Notes under the pieces: model-generated
Databases searched by the model: none
Told to the model about the DNA's origin: nothing
Seen by the model: the letters and a program-made list of their open reading frames with translations, nothing else
NCBI GenBank assembly: GCA_964485195.1
Contig: CAZAIK010000001.1
Span: forward strand, 62,001-126,000
Direction of reading: 5' to 3'
From: an uncultured Methanosarcinales archaeon
GTDB taxonomy: Archaea > Nanobdellota > Nanobdellia > Woesearchaeales > CAIVOO01
DNA length: 64,000 bases
Translations under genes and position numbers: made by a program
In this document: positions 9,810 to 19,515 of the stretch, in pieces
How positions within the stretch are numbered: position 1 is the first letter of the stretch
Layout: every line of letters starts with the position of its first letter

Positions 9810-10561
9810 CTAAAGAACATTTTATGATATGGAACGGCCTTTTCGGAAAATATCTTGGCTTATACGAGAGGATATATTATCACAACAAACAAGAATACAG
9901 AAAAGACGTGGATAAAGTAATAAAATTTCTTCCCAGTCTGAAAAACGCAAGAATTCTTGATGTCGGGTGCGGAACAGGAAAGCACGCCCTGGAACTAATG
10001 AGGAGAGGTTTCAGGGTGGAATGCATAGACATTTCCAAGGAAGCTGTGGAAGCAACCAAAAAGAGCCTTAAAGGATACAAAACCAAGATTTTGAAAGCGG
10101 ACATAGCAGGATTTAACCAAAAAGAAAGTTATTCAGCCATGATCGCCCTGTTTATAGTGCTGAGCTATTTGCAGACCAAAAACCAGTTTAAAAAAGCAAT
10201 CAAAAATGCATTTTACTATCTCGAGAAGGGAGAGGTGTTATTTTTTGATGTGGTTAACGGAGTCCAGCTGGAGAAAAATTTTGAAAAATCTTTCAAGTTT
10301 AAAAGCGGGGAGTATGAAACCGAATGGGTGAGGAAAAAAATAAAAAAATCCCAAAAAATCTTCTGTTATGCGGGAATCAGGAAGAAAGGCAAAACAATTT
10401 TGAAGGAAAAACAGGTCTGCCGGTATTATTTCCCCAAGGAGATAAAGGAGGTTTTAAGCGGGGCTGGTTTTAAAAAAATAAAATTCTTCTCGGACCTTGG
10501 CAAAAACAAAGACTTGAGAAAGCCCAGGACCAGGCTTTTTGTTTCCTGCATTAAACCATAA
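9806..10561 (+). CDS. class I SAM-dependent methyltransferase
   Basis: ILDVGCGTGKH motif I. Confidence 0.9.
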   Translation: MTKEHFMIWNGLFGKYLGLYERIYYHNKQEYRKDVDKVIKFLPSLKNARILDVGCGTGKHALELMRRGFRVECIDISKEAVEATKKSLKGYKTKILKADIAGFNQKESYSAMIALFIVLSYLQTKNQFKKAIKNAFYYLEKGEVLFFDVVNGVQLEKNFEKSFKFKSGEYETEWVRKKIKKSQKIFCYAGIRKKGKTILKEKQVCRYYFPKEIKEVLSGAGFKKIKFFSDLGKNKDLRKPRTRLFVSCIKP

Positions 10562-10591
10562 TTTTTTAAGTTATAAAAGCTTACATTAAAT

Positions 10592-10876
10592 ATGCAAACC
10601 GACACCAAGACAATCATTGACAAGGTTCTTTCAGGCAATGCAAAGGATGTTGAAGACGAGCTTACGATGGAAAATATAGATTATATAATGAAATGGGAGA
10701 TAGATCCAGAAAAAGGGATGTGTTTTCTTAAAGGGCTACCTCTGAAAATAAAGTCAGAATATAGAAAGTATATAGTTAAAACTGCGACTGAAGCTATCGG
10801 AAAGATGGAAAGAGAGCATTTCAAAAGAACAGGAAGAACATTATATGAGGAACTTGACATAGAACATCCTGCTTGA
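10592..10876 (+). CDS. hypothetical protein
   Basis: 94-aa ORF after TATA-like TTATAAAA. Confidence 0.55.
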   Translation: MQTDTKTIIDKVLSGNAKDVEDELTMENIDYIMKWEIDPEKGMCFLKGLPLKIKSEYRKYIVKTATEAIGKMEREHFKRTGRTLYEELDIEHPA

Positions 10877-10920
10877 AAACAGAAAGCTTTAAAATGTAAT
10901 TCTTTTGAAAACTGCCTTAT

Positions 10921-11054
10921 GGGCCCATAGCGCAGTCTGGTCTGTCGTGTTCCTTGATTGCAAGGATGCTCGCAGGGGCAATAGCGCACCTGGCTCTTAT
11001 TGCCTGACGGCAAAAGAAACCAGTAGGTCGGGGGTTCGAATCCCTCTGGGCCCA
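10921..11054 (+). tRNA. tRNA-Lys(CTT) with two introns (D-loop ~10942-10982; canonical 11000-11018)
   Basis: GGGCCCA/TGGGCCC acceptor, GCGC D stem, CT-CTT-A loop, GGTTCGAATCC. Confidence 0.88.
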
Positions 11055-11489
11055 TTATAATATCCTATACCTGGGCGGGAAGAAAGAATAATCAAATTCT
11101 ATCCCTGCAGAGCTAATTGCATTTTTTAATAAAAAATTACCAAAGCATCCCAGCCTGCAATATCCTAAGTGTTCCCAAAAGGAATCATTCCTGTTATAAT
11201 TTATTACTATTGCAGAAATTTCCAACTTTCTGCACATAAATTCTTGAGCATCAACCAGAAGCCTTCCGTAACCTTGCCCTCTCCTGGAATTTTTAATTCT
11301 TAAGGAACCATCAAAACAAATTTTGCTATTTAGATCTAATGAAAATGCCTGCCTTCCAAGCTTATGAGAGCTAAAATTTACTTCCCACTTGTCTCCGAGT
11401 TTATCACAGTCTAAAGAATGCTTAAAACGCAATACGTCAAAGAATGCTTCTCTTGCTAACCCCTCCAGAATCCTTCCTTGTTTAAACAT
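11055..11489 (-). CDS. GNAT-like acetyltransferase
   Basis: RRGQGYGRLLV acetyl-CoA motif and FWEHLGY; start uncertain. Confidence 0.6.
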   Translation of the reverse strand: MFKQGRILEGLAREAFFDVLRFKHSLDCDKLGDKWEVNFSSHKLGRQAFSLDLNSKICFDGSLRIKNSRRGQGYGRLLVDAQEFMCRKLEISAIVINYNRNDSFWEHLGYCRLGCFGNFLLKNAISSAGIEFDYSFFPPRYRIL

Positions 11490-11544
11490 CAGAATCTGAT
11501 AAAACACAAACTTTAAAAACATATTTTTTCGCCATACTAACACT

Positions 11545-11670
11545 GCCCCGGTGGTGTAGTCCGGCCAATCATATCGCCCTCTCGATTAAGATGAGGAGAA
11601 AGGCGATGACTCGGGTTCAAATTAAGCCAAAGGCACATTGCCTTTGGCAATGAAAATCCCGGCCGGGGCA
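11545..11670 (+). tRNA. tRNA-Glu(CTC) with two introns (canonical 11585-11600; T-loop ~11622-11656)
   Basis: GCCCCGG/CCGGGGC acceptor, TCGCC/GGCGA anticodon stem. Confidence 0.9.
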
Positions 11671-11689
11671 TTCATTAACTTGGTGAAGT

Positions 11690-11854
11690 TTGGTGCGCTC
11701 CAAAGAGCTCAAGAAAAACAAAAAACTGACAGATTTTGAATGCCTTAAAGAATTCATCGTCGCTAATTCTCTCAAAAAGATGAAGGTCCTCAGAAGATTT
11801 TCCTCACCAGGCGAAAACAGGCTGCTCCAGGAATTTGACAGATTACAAAAATAG
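11690..11854 (+). CDS. small hypothetical protein (54 aa), not in ORF track
   Basis: GGTGA SD then TTG/GTG start, open frame to TAG 11852. Confidence 0.45.
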   Translation: MVRSKELKKNKKLTDFECLKEFIVANSLKKMKVLRRFSSPGENRLLQEFDRLQK

Positions 11855-11979
11855 AAAAGTTTAAAAACTCAAAAAGCTGTGTAATCATACGACGAACTTA
11901 TTCTCAAATTGTTCAGAAGCAGAGGCCTCTATATATTAGGGAAGGGAAGCATAAGTTTCTCTGCCCTGGAGATGAAGAA

Positions 11980-12039
11980 ATGGCAAAAAAGAAAGCAAAG
12001 AAAGAAGCTCCAAAGAAAAAGGGTAAGAAGAGGAAATAA
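11980..12039 (+). CDS. 19-aa poly-basic micropeptide MAKKKAKKEAPKKKGKKRK
   Basis: GGAGATGA SD-like sequence, ATG 11980, TAA 12037. Confidence 0.6.
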   Translation: MAKKKAKKEAPKKKGKKRK

Positions 12040-12051
12040 GGAGGTCCCAGA

Positions 12052-12147
12052 ATGGACGAAGATTTTGACTCGGAATTTGATGAAGACACCGGCAGCGAAG
12101 AGCCTGATGAAGAAACCGAAGAAGACACAGACGGCTTTGGAGAATAG
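12052..12147 (+). CDS. 31-aa poly-acidic micropeptide MDEDFDSEFDEDTGSEEPDEETEEDTDGFGE
   Basis: AAGGAGGT SD overlapping the upstream stop, ATG 12052, TAG 12145. Confidence 0.65.
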   Translation: MDEDFDSEFDEDTGSEEPDEETEEDTDGFGE

Positions 12148-12179
12148 AAGAGCAATAGTTGTTGATTATGATTATTATT

Positions 12180-12437
12180 TTATTTTTTCTTTTTTTGTTT
12201 TAACCGTCTCATAATGAGTTCCGCTTCTGACTCTGTCTTGAGGAAAACAAAGATAACAACGACGACAAGGACTGTGGCAAGTATCGCTGCAATCAGCTTA
12301 AAGAACAATTCTTCCCTTGGAGGAACAAGCAGCTCTATGAATTCCACGATGACATCCTTCCATATTAATGCTGCTGCAAAAGTAAATGCAGAAATTATGG
12401 CTGTCTGGATTACGCTTTTTGATGTGACCCTCGGCAT
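12180..12437 (-). CDS. small two-helix membrane protein (DUF5654-like)
   Basis: SAFTFAAALIWKDVI motif and two hydrophobic helices. Confidence 0.7.
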   Translation of the reverse strand: MPRVTSKSVIQTAIISAFTFAAALIWKDVIVEFIELLVPPREELFFKLIAAILATVLVVVVIFVFLKTESEAELIMRRLKQKKKK

Positions 12438-12493
12438 TTTTACCCCTTGATTACGGTAATATTTAAAACTAACCTTTTATTAGCTGAATTTAT

Positions 12494-12694
12494 GCCGGCG
12501 TCGCATAATCTGGTACATTGCCTTCGGCAATGTGGGCCTCCCTACTGCCGCAACTAAAGTACTGGGAGTCCCACCCCGAACGAGGCAGTGCAGGAAATTG
12601 CGGCGGTCTCGAAAACCGCTTCCGAAAGGAACTCCCGGTTCAAACGCTTTGCATTCCCCCCAAGGGATGCTCGCTGAAAGTCCGGGCGCCGGCG
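12494..12694 (+). tRNA. tRNA-Ser(CGA) with two introns (D-loop ~12515-12596; T-loop ~12645-12680)
   Basis: GCCGGCG/CGCCGGC acceptor, GCGGT-CTCGAAA-ACCGC, variable arm TTCC-GAAA-GGAA. Confidence 0.88.
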
Positions 12695-13441
12695 CTATTT
12701 TATTATGCTTTTAGAATTCGCAAGAATGGCTCTCTCAGCATCTTCCAGCTTCATATGCTTCAGCTCAGCTATCTTCCTGACAGCTTCCTCAACAAACGCA
12801 GGCTCGTTACGCTTTCCCGGAAAGGGCGACAAGAAAGGGGAGTCTGTCTCAGTAACCAGGCTGTTAATATCAACCTGTTTTGCAATTTCCTGATTTCCTG
12901 TATCCCTCACAACATTGGTTGTTATGGAGACAAAATGCCCTGCTTCAGCAATCTTCTTTGCCAAGCTTAACCTCCCGGAGAAGCAGTGAAAAACAGCATT
13001 TTTCGCATTTGAACTCTGCACCATTTCAAATGCCTGCTGCTCCATCATGCGCGAGTGGATTATAAGCGGCAGTTTTGCCTTTTCGCTTAATTCTATCATC
13101 CTCTGGAAAACTTCTTTTTGTCTCTTAACATTTGGACTGGGATATTTTCCTTCAAGGCCGACTTCTCCTATACCTGCAATCTTGTCCTTGTTTTTCTCAA
13201 TAAGGGAGATTGTTTCATCTATTCTTTCATCTCTCAGCTTTTCCGCCTCAATAGGATCCAGCCCCAGAGTTGCCTTGACAATATCATATTTTTCCGCAAT
13301 TTCCAAAGTCTGAACGTTTTCCCTGGCAATTCCATTGGAAACAATAAATGCGACGCCTGCTTTTTTTGCCCGTTCAATTAATTCATCCAAGTCCTTTTCA
13401 AATTCCTTCGCAGCCAGGTGCGCGTGTATGTCAACAAGCAT
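12695..13441 (-). CDS. tatD: TatD-family nuclease
   Basis: VDIHAH, IGEVGL, IIHSR, FHCFSG, ETDSPFL. Confidence 0.93.
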   Translation of the reverse strand: MLVDIHAHLAAKEFEKDLDELIERAKKAGVAFIVSNGIARENVQTLEIAEKYDIVKATLGLDPIEAEKLRDERIDETISLIEKNKDKIAGIGEVGLEGKYPSPNVKRQKEVFQRMIELSEKAKLPLIIHSRMMEQQAFEMVQSSNAKNAVFHCFSGRLSLAKKIAEAGHFVSITTNVVRDTGNQEIAKQVDINSLVTETDSPFLSPFPGKRNEPAFVEEAVRKIAELKHMKLEDAERAILANSKSIIK

Positions 13442-13526
13442 TTTGGGCCCTTGAATCATTAAATCCAATGCTTTTATAAATTTTATACCAAAAGTTATAT
13501 AAAGAAGATATTTGTTGTGAAGAGTT

Positions 13527-13961
13527 ATGCTGGGAATAATAGGTTTTAACCTTTCAAAAGTTGAAGCAGAAAGATCGCCCTCTGTAAAGGGCAAAATAAG
13601 CATTAAGAATAACATCCAGATAAAGGAAGTTGAAAAATCCGATCTTTTCCTGGGAAAGAACAAGCAGGAAGGCATAAGGTTCAGGTTTGAATACACCTCA
13701 AATTACGAGCCCAAGGCAGGAAAAATCCTGCTCGCAGGTGACCTGGTGGCTGTGGAAGAATCTGACAAGGTCAAAAAGATAGTGGATGAATGGAAAAAGA
13801 ACAAGAAGGTGGAAGCAGACGTGATGACACAGGTTATCAACAGCGTTCTGAACAAGTGCAGTGTTCAGGCAATCATACTCAGCAAGGAATTGGGCCTGCC
13901 TTCGCCAGTTCAGCTGCCCAAAGTGCAGGTAAAGAACCCTTCCGCCAAGAAAAGCAAGTAA
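13527..13961 (+). CDS. conserved archaeal hypothetical protein upstream of cdc48
   Basis: IIGFNLSK...ELGLPSPVQLPKV; host-like codon usage. Confidence 0.7.
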   Translation: MLGIIGFNLSKVEAERSPSVKGKISIKNNIQIKEVEKSDLFLGKNKQEGIRFRFEYTSNYEPKAGKILLAGDLVAVEESDKVKKIVDEWKKNKKVEADVMTQVINSVLNKCSVQAIILSKELGLPSPVQLPKVQVKNPSAKKSK

Positions 13962-14047
13962 TTTTCTTTTTAATTTGCAGTCAAGGAATAAATAAAAACA
14001 TTTATAAATATACTCGCTTGTGATATTATAGGGGTAAAAAGTTCAAA

Positions 14048-16321
14048 ATGGCAGATTTAAAAGTAAAGGTAGCTGAAGCCTTTCAGGACGACGTAAACAA
14101 AGGTGTTGTTAGGGTGGACTCCAGGCTCCTGAAACAGGCAGGGATCAAGCCCGGCGACGTTGTTGAAATTCAGGGTGAGAAGAAAACAGTGGCCATAGTG
14201 GACAGGTCCTACCCAGGTGACATAGGGCTGGACATAATACGAATGGACGGGATAATAAGGAGAAATGCAAAGACAGGGCTTGGCGAAGTTGTTGTCCTGA
14301 AAAAGGCCGATGTGAAAGAAGCAAAGAAGGTAATAATAGCGCCAGCCAGGAAGGGCATAATGATTAAGGCTCCCCCTGAGCTTTTTATCAGGGGACTGCT
14401 GGGAAGGGCTGTGATGAAAGGCGATGTTATTTCTCTTGGAGGAGCCAAGAGAAGAAGAAATGTAATGACTGACAGCCCCTTTTTCAGTGATGTTTTCAAC
14501 ATGCTGGACGAGGGAATGGTCGGTTTTGGATTCTCAGACATCAAGTTCATAGTAGTTGACACAAACCCCAAGCAGGCTGTTATGATAACAGAGGAAACAG
14601 AGATAGTTCTTAATCCCGAGGCTGTTGAGCTGAAGGAAGAGACATTCCCTGAAGTGACTTACGAAGACATAGGAGGATTGGACGAGGAAATCAAGAAAAT
14701 AAGGGAGATGGTTGAACTGCCCCTGAAGCATCCCGAAATTTTTGAAAGGCTGGGAGTAGAACCTCCAAAAGGGGTTTTGCTTCACGGGCCTCCGGGAACA
14801 GGAAAAACCCTGCTGGCAAAAGCAGTTGCCAATGAGACAAACTCCAATTTCATATTCATAAACGGACCTGAAATCATGAGCAAGTACTACGGCCAGAGCG
14901 AAGAGAACTTAAGGAAAAAGTTTGAAGAGGCGGAAAAAAACGCGCCCTCCATAATTTTTATTGACGAGATTGATGCCATTGCTTCCAAGCGTGAGGAAAC
15001 CCACGGGGAGGTTGAGAAAAGGGTTGTTGCCCAGCTGCTTGCCATAATGGACGGGCTTCAGGCAAGAGGGAAAGTTGTTGTTATCGCGGCTTCAAACATC
15101 CCCCACGCTTTGGACCCTGCGCTCAGAAGGCCGGGAAGGTTTGACAGGGAGATTGAGATTGAAGTGCCCAGAAAAAAGGGCAGGCTTAACATTCTTAAGA
15201 TTCACACAAGGAACATGCCTCTTGAAAAGTCAGTTAACCTTAAGGAAATAGCAGATGTAACCTATGGGTTTGTAGGTGCAGACCTGGCTGCTTTGGCAAA
15301 AGAAGCTGCAATGATTGTTTTGAGAAAGGTTTTGCCTGAACTTACGCTAAAGGAGGAAGAGCCAATACCAAAAGGAGTCCTGGAAAAGCTAATCATAAAA
15401 CAGCAGGACTTGAAAGATGCGCTTAAGGTTGTAAGGCCAAGCGCCTTAAGAGAAGTTCTCATAGAGATTCCCAACACAACCTGGGACCAAATAGGAGGGC
15501 TTGAAAATGTCAAGCAGGAACTCAAGGAGGCTGTGGAGTGGCCCTTGAAAAGCCCCAAATCATTTTCAAGGCTTGGTGTTAAGCCTCCCAAAGGCATACT
15601 TCTTTACGGGCCTCCGGGAACAGGAAAAACCCTGCTGGCAAAAGCAGTTGCCACGGAGTCGCAGGCTAACTTCATATCTGTGAACGGGCCTGAGCTTCTA
15701 AGCAAGTGGGTTGGGGAGAGTGAAAAGGCAGTAAGGCAGATTTTCAGGAAGGCAAGGCAAACATCACCTTCAGTGGTCTTTTTTGACGAGCTTGATTCAA
15801 TTGCGCCCCGCAGGGGAGCATCCTCAGATTCAGGGGTTACAGAAAGGGTGGTAAACCAGATATTAACAGAAATGGACGGCCTGAAAAGCATGGAGGATGT
15901 TGCAGTTATAGCTGCCACAAACAGGCCTGATATGCTTGATACAGCTCTTCTCAGGCCGGGAAGGTTTGACAGGATAATACTTGTCAAGTCTCCTGAGGAA
16001 AAAGCCAGGAAAGATACTTTCAAGGTTCACACCAAGGAAATGCCACTGGCAAAGGACGTGAAAATTGATGAACTGGCCAGGAAGACAGAGGGTTATGTGG
16101 GGTCTGACATAGAATCTGTATGCAGGGAAGCAGCAATATTCGCCTTGAGAAAGGACAAAAAGGCAAAGGAAGTAAGCAAAAAAGACTTTGAAGAAGCACT
16201 TCAGAAGGTTCCGCCTTCAATAACCAATGAGATAGAGAAGGCTTACGAAGGGCTGCAGGAACACTTCAAGGCTGCGAGGGCAAAAGAGATGGAAAAGGAA
16301 AAGCCCGGCTATTTCGCCTGA
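14048..16321 (+). CDS. cdc48: CDC48/VCP AAA+ ATPase
   Basis: N domain and two [11 protein letters not shown] modules with ALxRPGRFDR. Confidence 0.97.
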   Translation: MADLKVKVAEAFQDDVNKGVVRVDSRLLKQAGIKPGDVVEIQGEKKTVAIVDRSYPGDIGLDIIRMDGIIRRNAKTGLGEVVVLKKADVKEAKKVIIAPARKGIMIKAPPELFIRGLLGRAVMKGDVISLGGAKRRRNVMTDSPFFSDVFNMLDEGMVGFGFSDIKFIVVDTNPKQAVMITEETEIVLNPEAVELKEETFPEVTYEDIGGLDEEIKKIREMVELPLKHPEIFERLGVEPPKGVLLHGPPGTGKTLLAKAVANETNSNFIFINGPEIMSKYYGQSEENLRKKFEEAEKNAPSIIFIDEIDAIASKREETHGEVEKRVVAQLLAIMDGLQARGKVVVIAASNIPHALDPALRRPGRFDREIEIEVPRKKGRLNILKIHTRNMPLEKSVNLKEIADVTYGFVGADLAALAKEAAMIVLRKVLPELTLKEEEPIPKGVLEKLIIKQQDLKDALKVVRPSALREVLIEIPNTTWDQIGGLENVKQELKEAVEWPLKSPKSFSRLGVKPPKGILLYGPPGTGKTLLAKAVATESQANFISVNGPELLSKWVGESEKAVRQIFRKARQTSPSVVFFDELDSIAPRRGASSDSGVTERVVNQILTEMDGLKSMEDVAVIAATNRPDMLDTALLRPGRFDRIILVKSPEEKARKDTFKVHTKEMPLAKDVKIDELARKTEGYVGSDIESVCREAAIFALRKDKKAKEVSKKDFEEALQKVPPSITNEIEKAYEGLQEHFKAARAKEMEKEKPGYFA

Positions 16322-16363
16322 TCAATAAGCTTTATTAAATTAATCTTTTTTCTTCCTCCTAAA

Positions 16364-17380
16364 ATGTGGATATATGATAAAAGGGAGAAGATTCCTAAAA
16401 CTTACATGGACATAGAATCCCTTCCCAAAATAGAGGGGTATGATTTCAACAAGCCCTTCGATTTTCGGGAATTTTCCAAGAAATATTTGAATATGGGTTT
16501 CCAGGGCTCCAATATGGGGAAGGCCATAATGATCCTTTCTCAAATTTTGAAAGAAAGGGAGCAGGGACTGAACCTTTTTATTTCCTTCACAGGCAATATG
16601 ATAAGCTCTGGCAACAGGGAAATAATAAATTACCTGGTCAGGAACAAGATAGTGCACGCTATCACTACCACAGCCGCTGCTTTGGAAGAGGACATCATTA
16701 AATGCATCAAAAGTTTTCATCTGGGGAGCTTCGACGTGCAGGGAAAATTCCTGATGGATGAATGCGTGGGCAGGATAGGGAATATTTTCGTGCCTTACGA
16801 CCGCTACCTGTATCTTGAAAGGTTCCTGAATAATTTTTTCTCAAGAATAAAGGAGAAACAGGAAAGTATGGGCGTGCTGTCCTCGCACGAAGTGGCTGGG
16901 GAGATGGGAATTTATATCGGGGAGAATGAGCTTACAAAGCCAAACTGCGAAGATTCTTTCCTCTACCAGGCCGCCAGGAATGGCATTAAAGTTTTCTGTC
17001 CGGGCATCGTTGACGGGGCGATAGGGGACATTTCTGTTTTTTTCAAGAGAAAAAATCCTGAGTTTGCAATTGATTCCATTAAGGACAGCAAGGTTCTTGT
17101 GGACGAGCTTTCCACCAGCAAGAAAACCGCAAGCCTGGTTTTGGGAGGAGGAATTGCAAAGCACTTCCTCCTTAACAGCGCGATTTTTATTGACGGTTTT
17201 GACTATAGTGTTTATCTTACCACTGCAAGCGAGCACGACGGTTCTGATTCAGGCGGCAATCAGGAAGAAGCCATTACCTGGGCAAAGATAAAGCCAAATG
17301 CCCAAAGAGTGAAAGTTAATGTTGATGCAACAATAGGTTTTCCATTGCTGATGGCGTCTGCATTGAATAACAAGGATTAA
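16364..17380 (+). CDS. dys: deoxyhypusine synthase
   Basis: FTGNMISSG, LGGGIAKH, DGSDSGG..EAITWAK. Confidence 0.9.
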   Translation: MWIYDKREKIPKTYMDIESLPKIEGYDFNKPFDFREFSKKYLNMGFQGSNMGKAIMILSQILKEREQGLNLFISFTGNMISSGNREIINYLVRNKIVHAITTTAAALEEDIIKCIKSFHLGSFDVQGKFLMDECVGRIGNIFVPYDRYLYLERFLNNFFSRIKEKQESMGVLSSHEVAGEMGIYIGENELTKPNCEDSFLYQAARNGIKVFCPGIVDGAIGDISVFFKRKNPEFAIDSIKDSKVLVDELSTSKKTASLVLGGGIAKHFLLNSAIFIDGFDYSVYLTTASEHDGSDSGGNQEEAITWAKIKPNAQRVKVNVDATIGFPLLMASALNNKD

Positions 17381-17877
17381 AAGCAAAAAACTGCCAGGGA
17401 AACAACTGTTGTCCAATCACCCTCCTTTCCCACGACAGCTGACTGGGCGATGTTGTCTGTTTTCATATCTTTTTTCCCAATGTGTTTTTCCCCCAGGGTT
17501 GTGGAAAGCATTTTGGAAGCCAGCTCTTCCGCATACTCCCCTGCTTTCTCTTCAGATTCCCCGAATGCTGTATGTTCGCTGATGTAACCGTGGATATCTT
17601 TGCTGGAAGGAAAGGCATAGCCAATAGACGCTGTTATTAATCTGCTTGGCTCGTTTGAGGCATTTCTTGCTATCACGCAAAATGTTATCTGACCCGGCTT
17701 TATTGATTTCAGGCCTTCTGACTTGGGGATAATCCTGCAATCCGGCGGGATAATGGAGGAGACTGTCACAAGGTTGCATTTTTCAATCCCGGCATTCCTT
17801 AACGCGCTTTCAAATGACCTGAGGTGCTCTTTGTGCACACCCATCCCTCTTGTGAAGAAAACCTTTTTGGGCACCAT
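17377..17877 (-). CDS. pdaD: pyruvoyl-dependent arginine decarboxylase
   Basis: SFESALRNAGIEKCNLVTVSSIIP (Ser-Ser cleavage site), GYISEH. Confidence 0.92.
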   Translation of the reverse strand: MVPKKVFFTRGMGVHKEHLRSFESALRNAGIEKCNLVTVSSIIPPDCRIIPKSEGLKSIKPGQITFCVIARNASNEPSRLITASIGYAFPSSKDIHGYISEHTAFGESEEKAGEYAEELASKMLSTTLGEKHIGKKDMKTDNIAQSAVVGKEGDWTTVVSLAVFCF

Positions 17878-17965
17878 TTTTTGTTTAAAAACTTTAAAAA
17901 TGTCTTTATAAAATTTTGCTTTTTTTCACGATAAATTTAAATAAATCAACCTAAAAACAATTCCA

Positions 17966-19264
17966 ATGCCGGCAGAAGTGGGGGACAGGGTCAAGGTTCT
18001 GTGCAAGGATGAAGTAATAGAAGGGGCTCTAATAGAAAGGCCTGAAATCCTGCCTCAGAACGTTGTGGTGGTAAAGCTTGACAGCGGATACAACATAGGC
18101 ATTGAAAAGAAAAAAATCAAGAGAATAGAAGTCCTGAAAAAATACAGGCCCACCAAGAAAAAGAAAAAAAAGACAGTTCCTGTCAACAAAAAACTGCCCA
18201 CTGTGACTGTGCTTAGCACAGGAGGCACCATCTCAAGCAAGATAGACTACAAAACAGGGGCAGTTTCTGCAGAATTCAGCGCGGCAGAACTCGTTAATAT
18301 GGTGCCTGAACTCAAAAAGGTTGCCAACGTCAAGGCAAAGAAAATCATGAATAAGATGAGTGAAGATTTCACCCCCTCTGACTGGGTTTTCATTGCCCAG
18401 GAGGTTGTTAAGGCGTTAAAGACAGCCGACGGGGTGGTGGTTACGCAGGGAACTGACACTTTTCATTACACAACTTCTGCCCTCTCCTTTCTGATAAAAG
18501 GATTGAACAAGCCTGTGGTTTTCACGGCAGCCCAGCGCTCCATTGACAGGGGAAGCTCCGATGCTTTTATGAACCTTTTATGCGCAGTAACAGCCGCTGC
18601 AAATTTCAATTGTGCAGAGGTGCTGAGCTGTATGCACGGCACCACCAACGATGATTACTGTCTTCTGATAAGAGGGACCAAGGTGAGGAAGATGCATTCC
18701 TCAAGGAGAGATGCTTTCAGGCCCATCAACGAGAAGTCCATAGCAAGGGTTTTCCCCGACGGAAATATTGAGGAAATAAATCCAGACTACAAAAGGAAAG
18801 ATGAAGATAAAAATGCCAAGCCCGGTGTGGAAGATAAACTGCAGGAAAAGGTTGCCATAATCTATGTTTACCCCAATATGGACCCCGGGGTTATAGACTA
18901 CTATCTTAACAAGAACTACAAAGGAATTGTCCTAGCTGCCACTGCCCTTGGCCACGTACCCACCCAGAGCAAGAAGTCAGTACTGCCTGCCCTGGAAAGA
19001 GCCACAAAAAAAGGCATTCCTATAGTGATAGCTTCACAGACAATTTATGGCCACGTGCACCCTTATGTTTACACAAGTTTAAGAAAGCTTTCCATAGAGC
19101 TTAAAGCTGTATTCGTGGAGGATATGCTGCCTGAAACAGCTTATATCAAGTTAATGTACGTTCTCGGCAAGACCAAAAAGCCGGATGAAATCAAGGAACT
19201 GATGCTAAAGGACATTGCAGGGGAAATCACAGACAGGGAACCCCTGGATGTCTTTCTTCGATGA
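17966..19264 (+). CDS. gatD: Glu-tRNA(Gln) amidotransferase subunit D
   Basis: KLDSGYNIG, STGGTISS, QGTDT, QRSIDRGSSD, RKMHSSRRDAF. Confidence 0.96.
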   Translation: MPAEVGDRVKVLCKDEVIEGALIERPEILPQNVVVVKLDSGYNIGIEKKKIKRIEVLKKYRPTKKKKKKTVPVNKKLPTVTVLSTGGTISSKIDYKTGAVSAEFSAAELVNMVPELKKVANVKAKKIMNKMSEDFTPSDWVFIAQEVVKALKTADGVVVTQGTDTFHYTTSALSFLIKGLNKPVVFTAAQRSIDRGSSDAFMNLLCAVTAAANFNCAEVLSCMHGTTNDDYCLLIRGTKVRKMHSSRRDAFRPINEKSIARVFPDGNIEEINPDYKRKDEDKNAKPGVEDKLQEKVAIIYVYPNMDPGVIDYYLNKNYKGIVLAATALGHVPTQSKKSVLPALERATKKGIPIVIASQTIYGHVHPYVYTSLRKLSIELKAVFVEDMLPETAYIKLMYVLGKTKKPDEIKELMLKDIAGEITDREPLDVFLR

Positions 19265-19515
19265 GAGCGATAGATATTCTCAACAAAATAAAATGGGACA
19301 AGTCAGAAGAGCCTGAAAAGACATTTGTTTTCTATTATGACAGGATTCTTGACAAATTTGTCAGGGTGCCATTTACCAGCATAAAGGATATTGGAAAAAA
19401 TTTTATTACAATAGAAAAGGAAGGTGAAGAAGCAGAAATTCCTGTCCACAGAATCCGGGAGGTCAGGAGGAATGGTAATTTGATTTGGAAGAGGGGGAAG
19501 GATCAGGGCTTCTAG
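19261..19515 (+). CDS. DUF504/MJ1316 RNA-repair-associated domain protein
   Basis: ILNKIKWD...YYDR...IPVHRI...WKR. Confidence 0.85.
   Translation: MRAIDILNKIKWDKSEEPEKTFVFYYDRILDKFVRVPFTSIKDIGKNFITIEKEGEEAEIPVHRIREVRRNGNLIWKRGKDQGF

Noticed and set aside
10681..11055. ORFs crossing tRNA genes (also 12518-12970, 27352-27543, 42178-42378)
   Set aside because: Overlap clear tRNA cloverleafs; spurious
11911..11920. GTTCAGAAGC match to the E1/E3 17-mer
   Set aside because: Only 10 nt and lacks the flanking stem; plausibly chance
11909..12214. 101-aa track ORF (and antisense 11913-12155)
   Set aside because: Off-frame shadow of the two SD-led micropeptides; weak start
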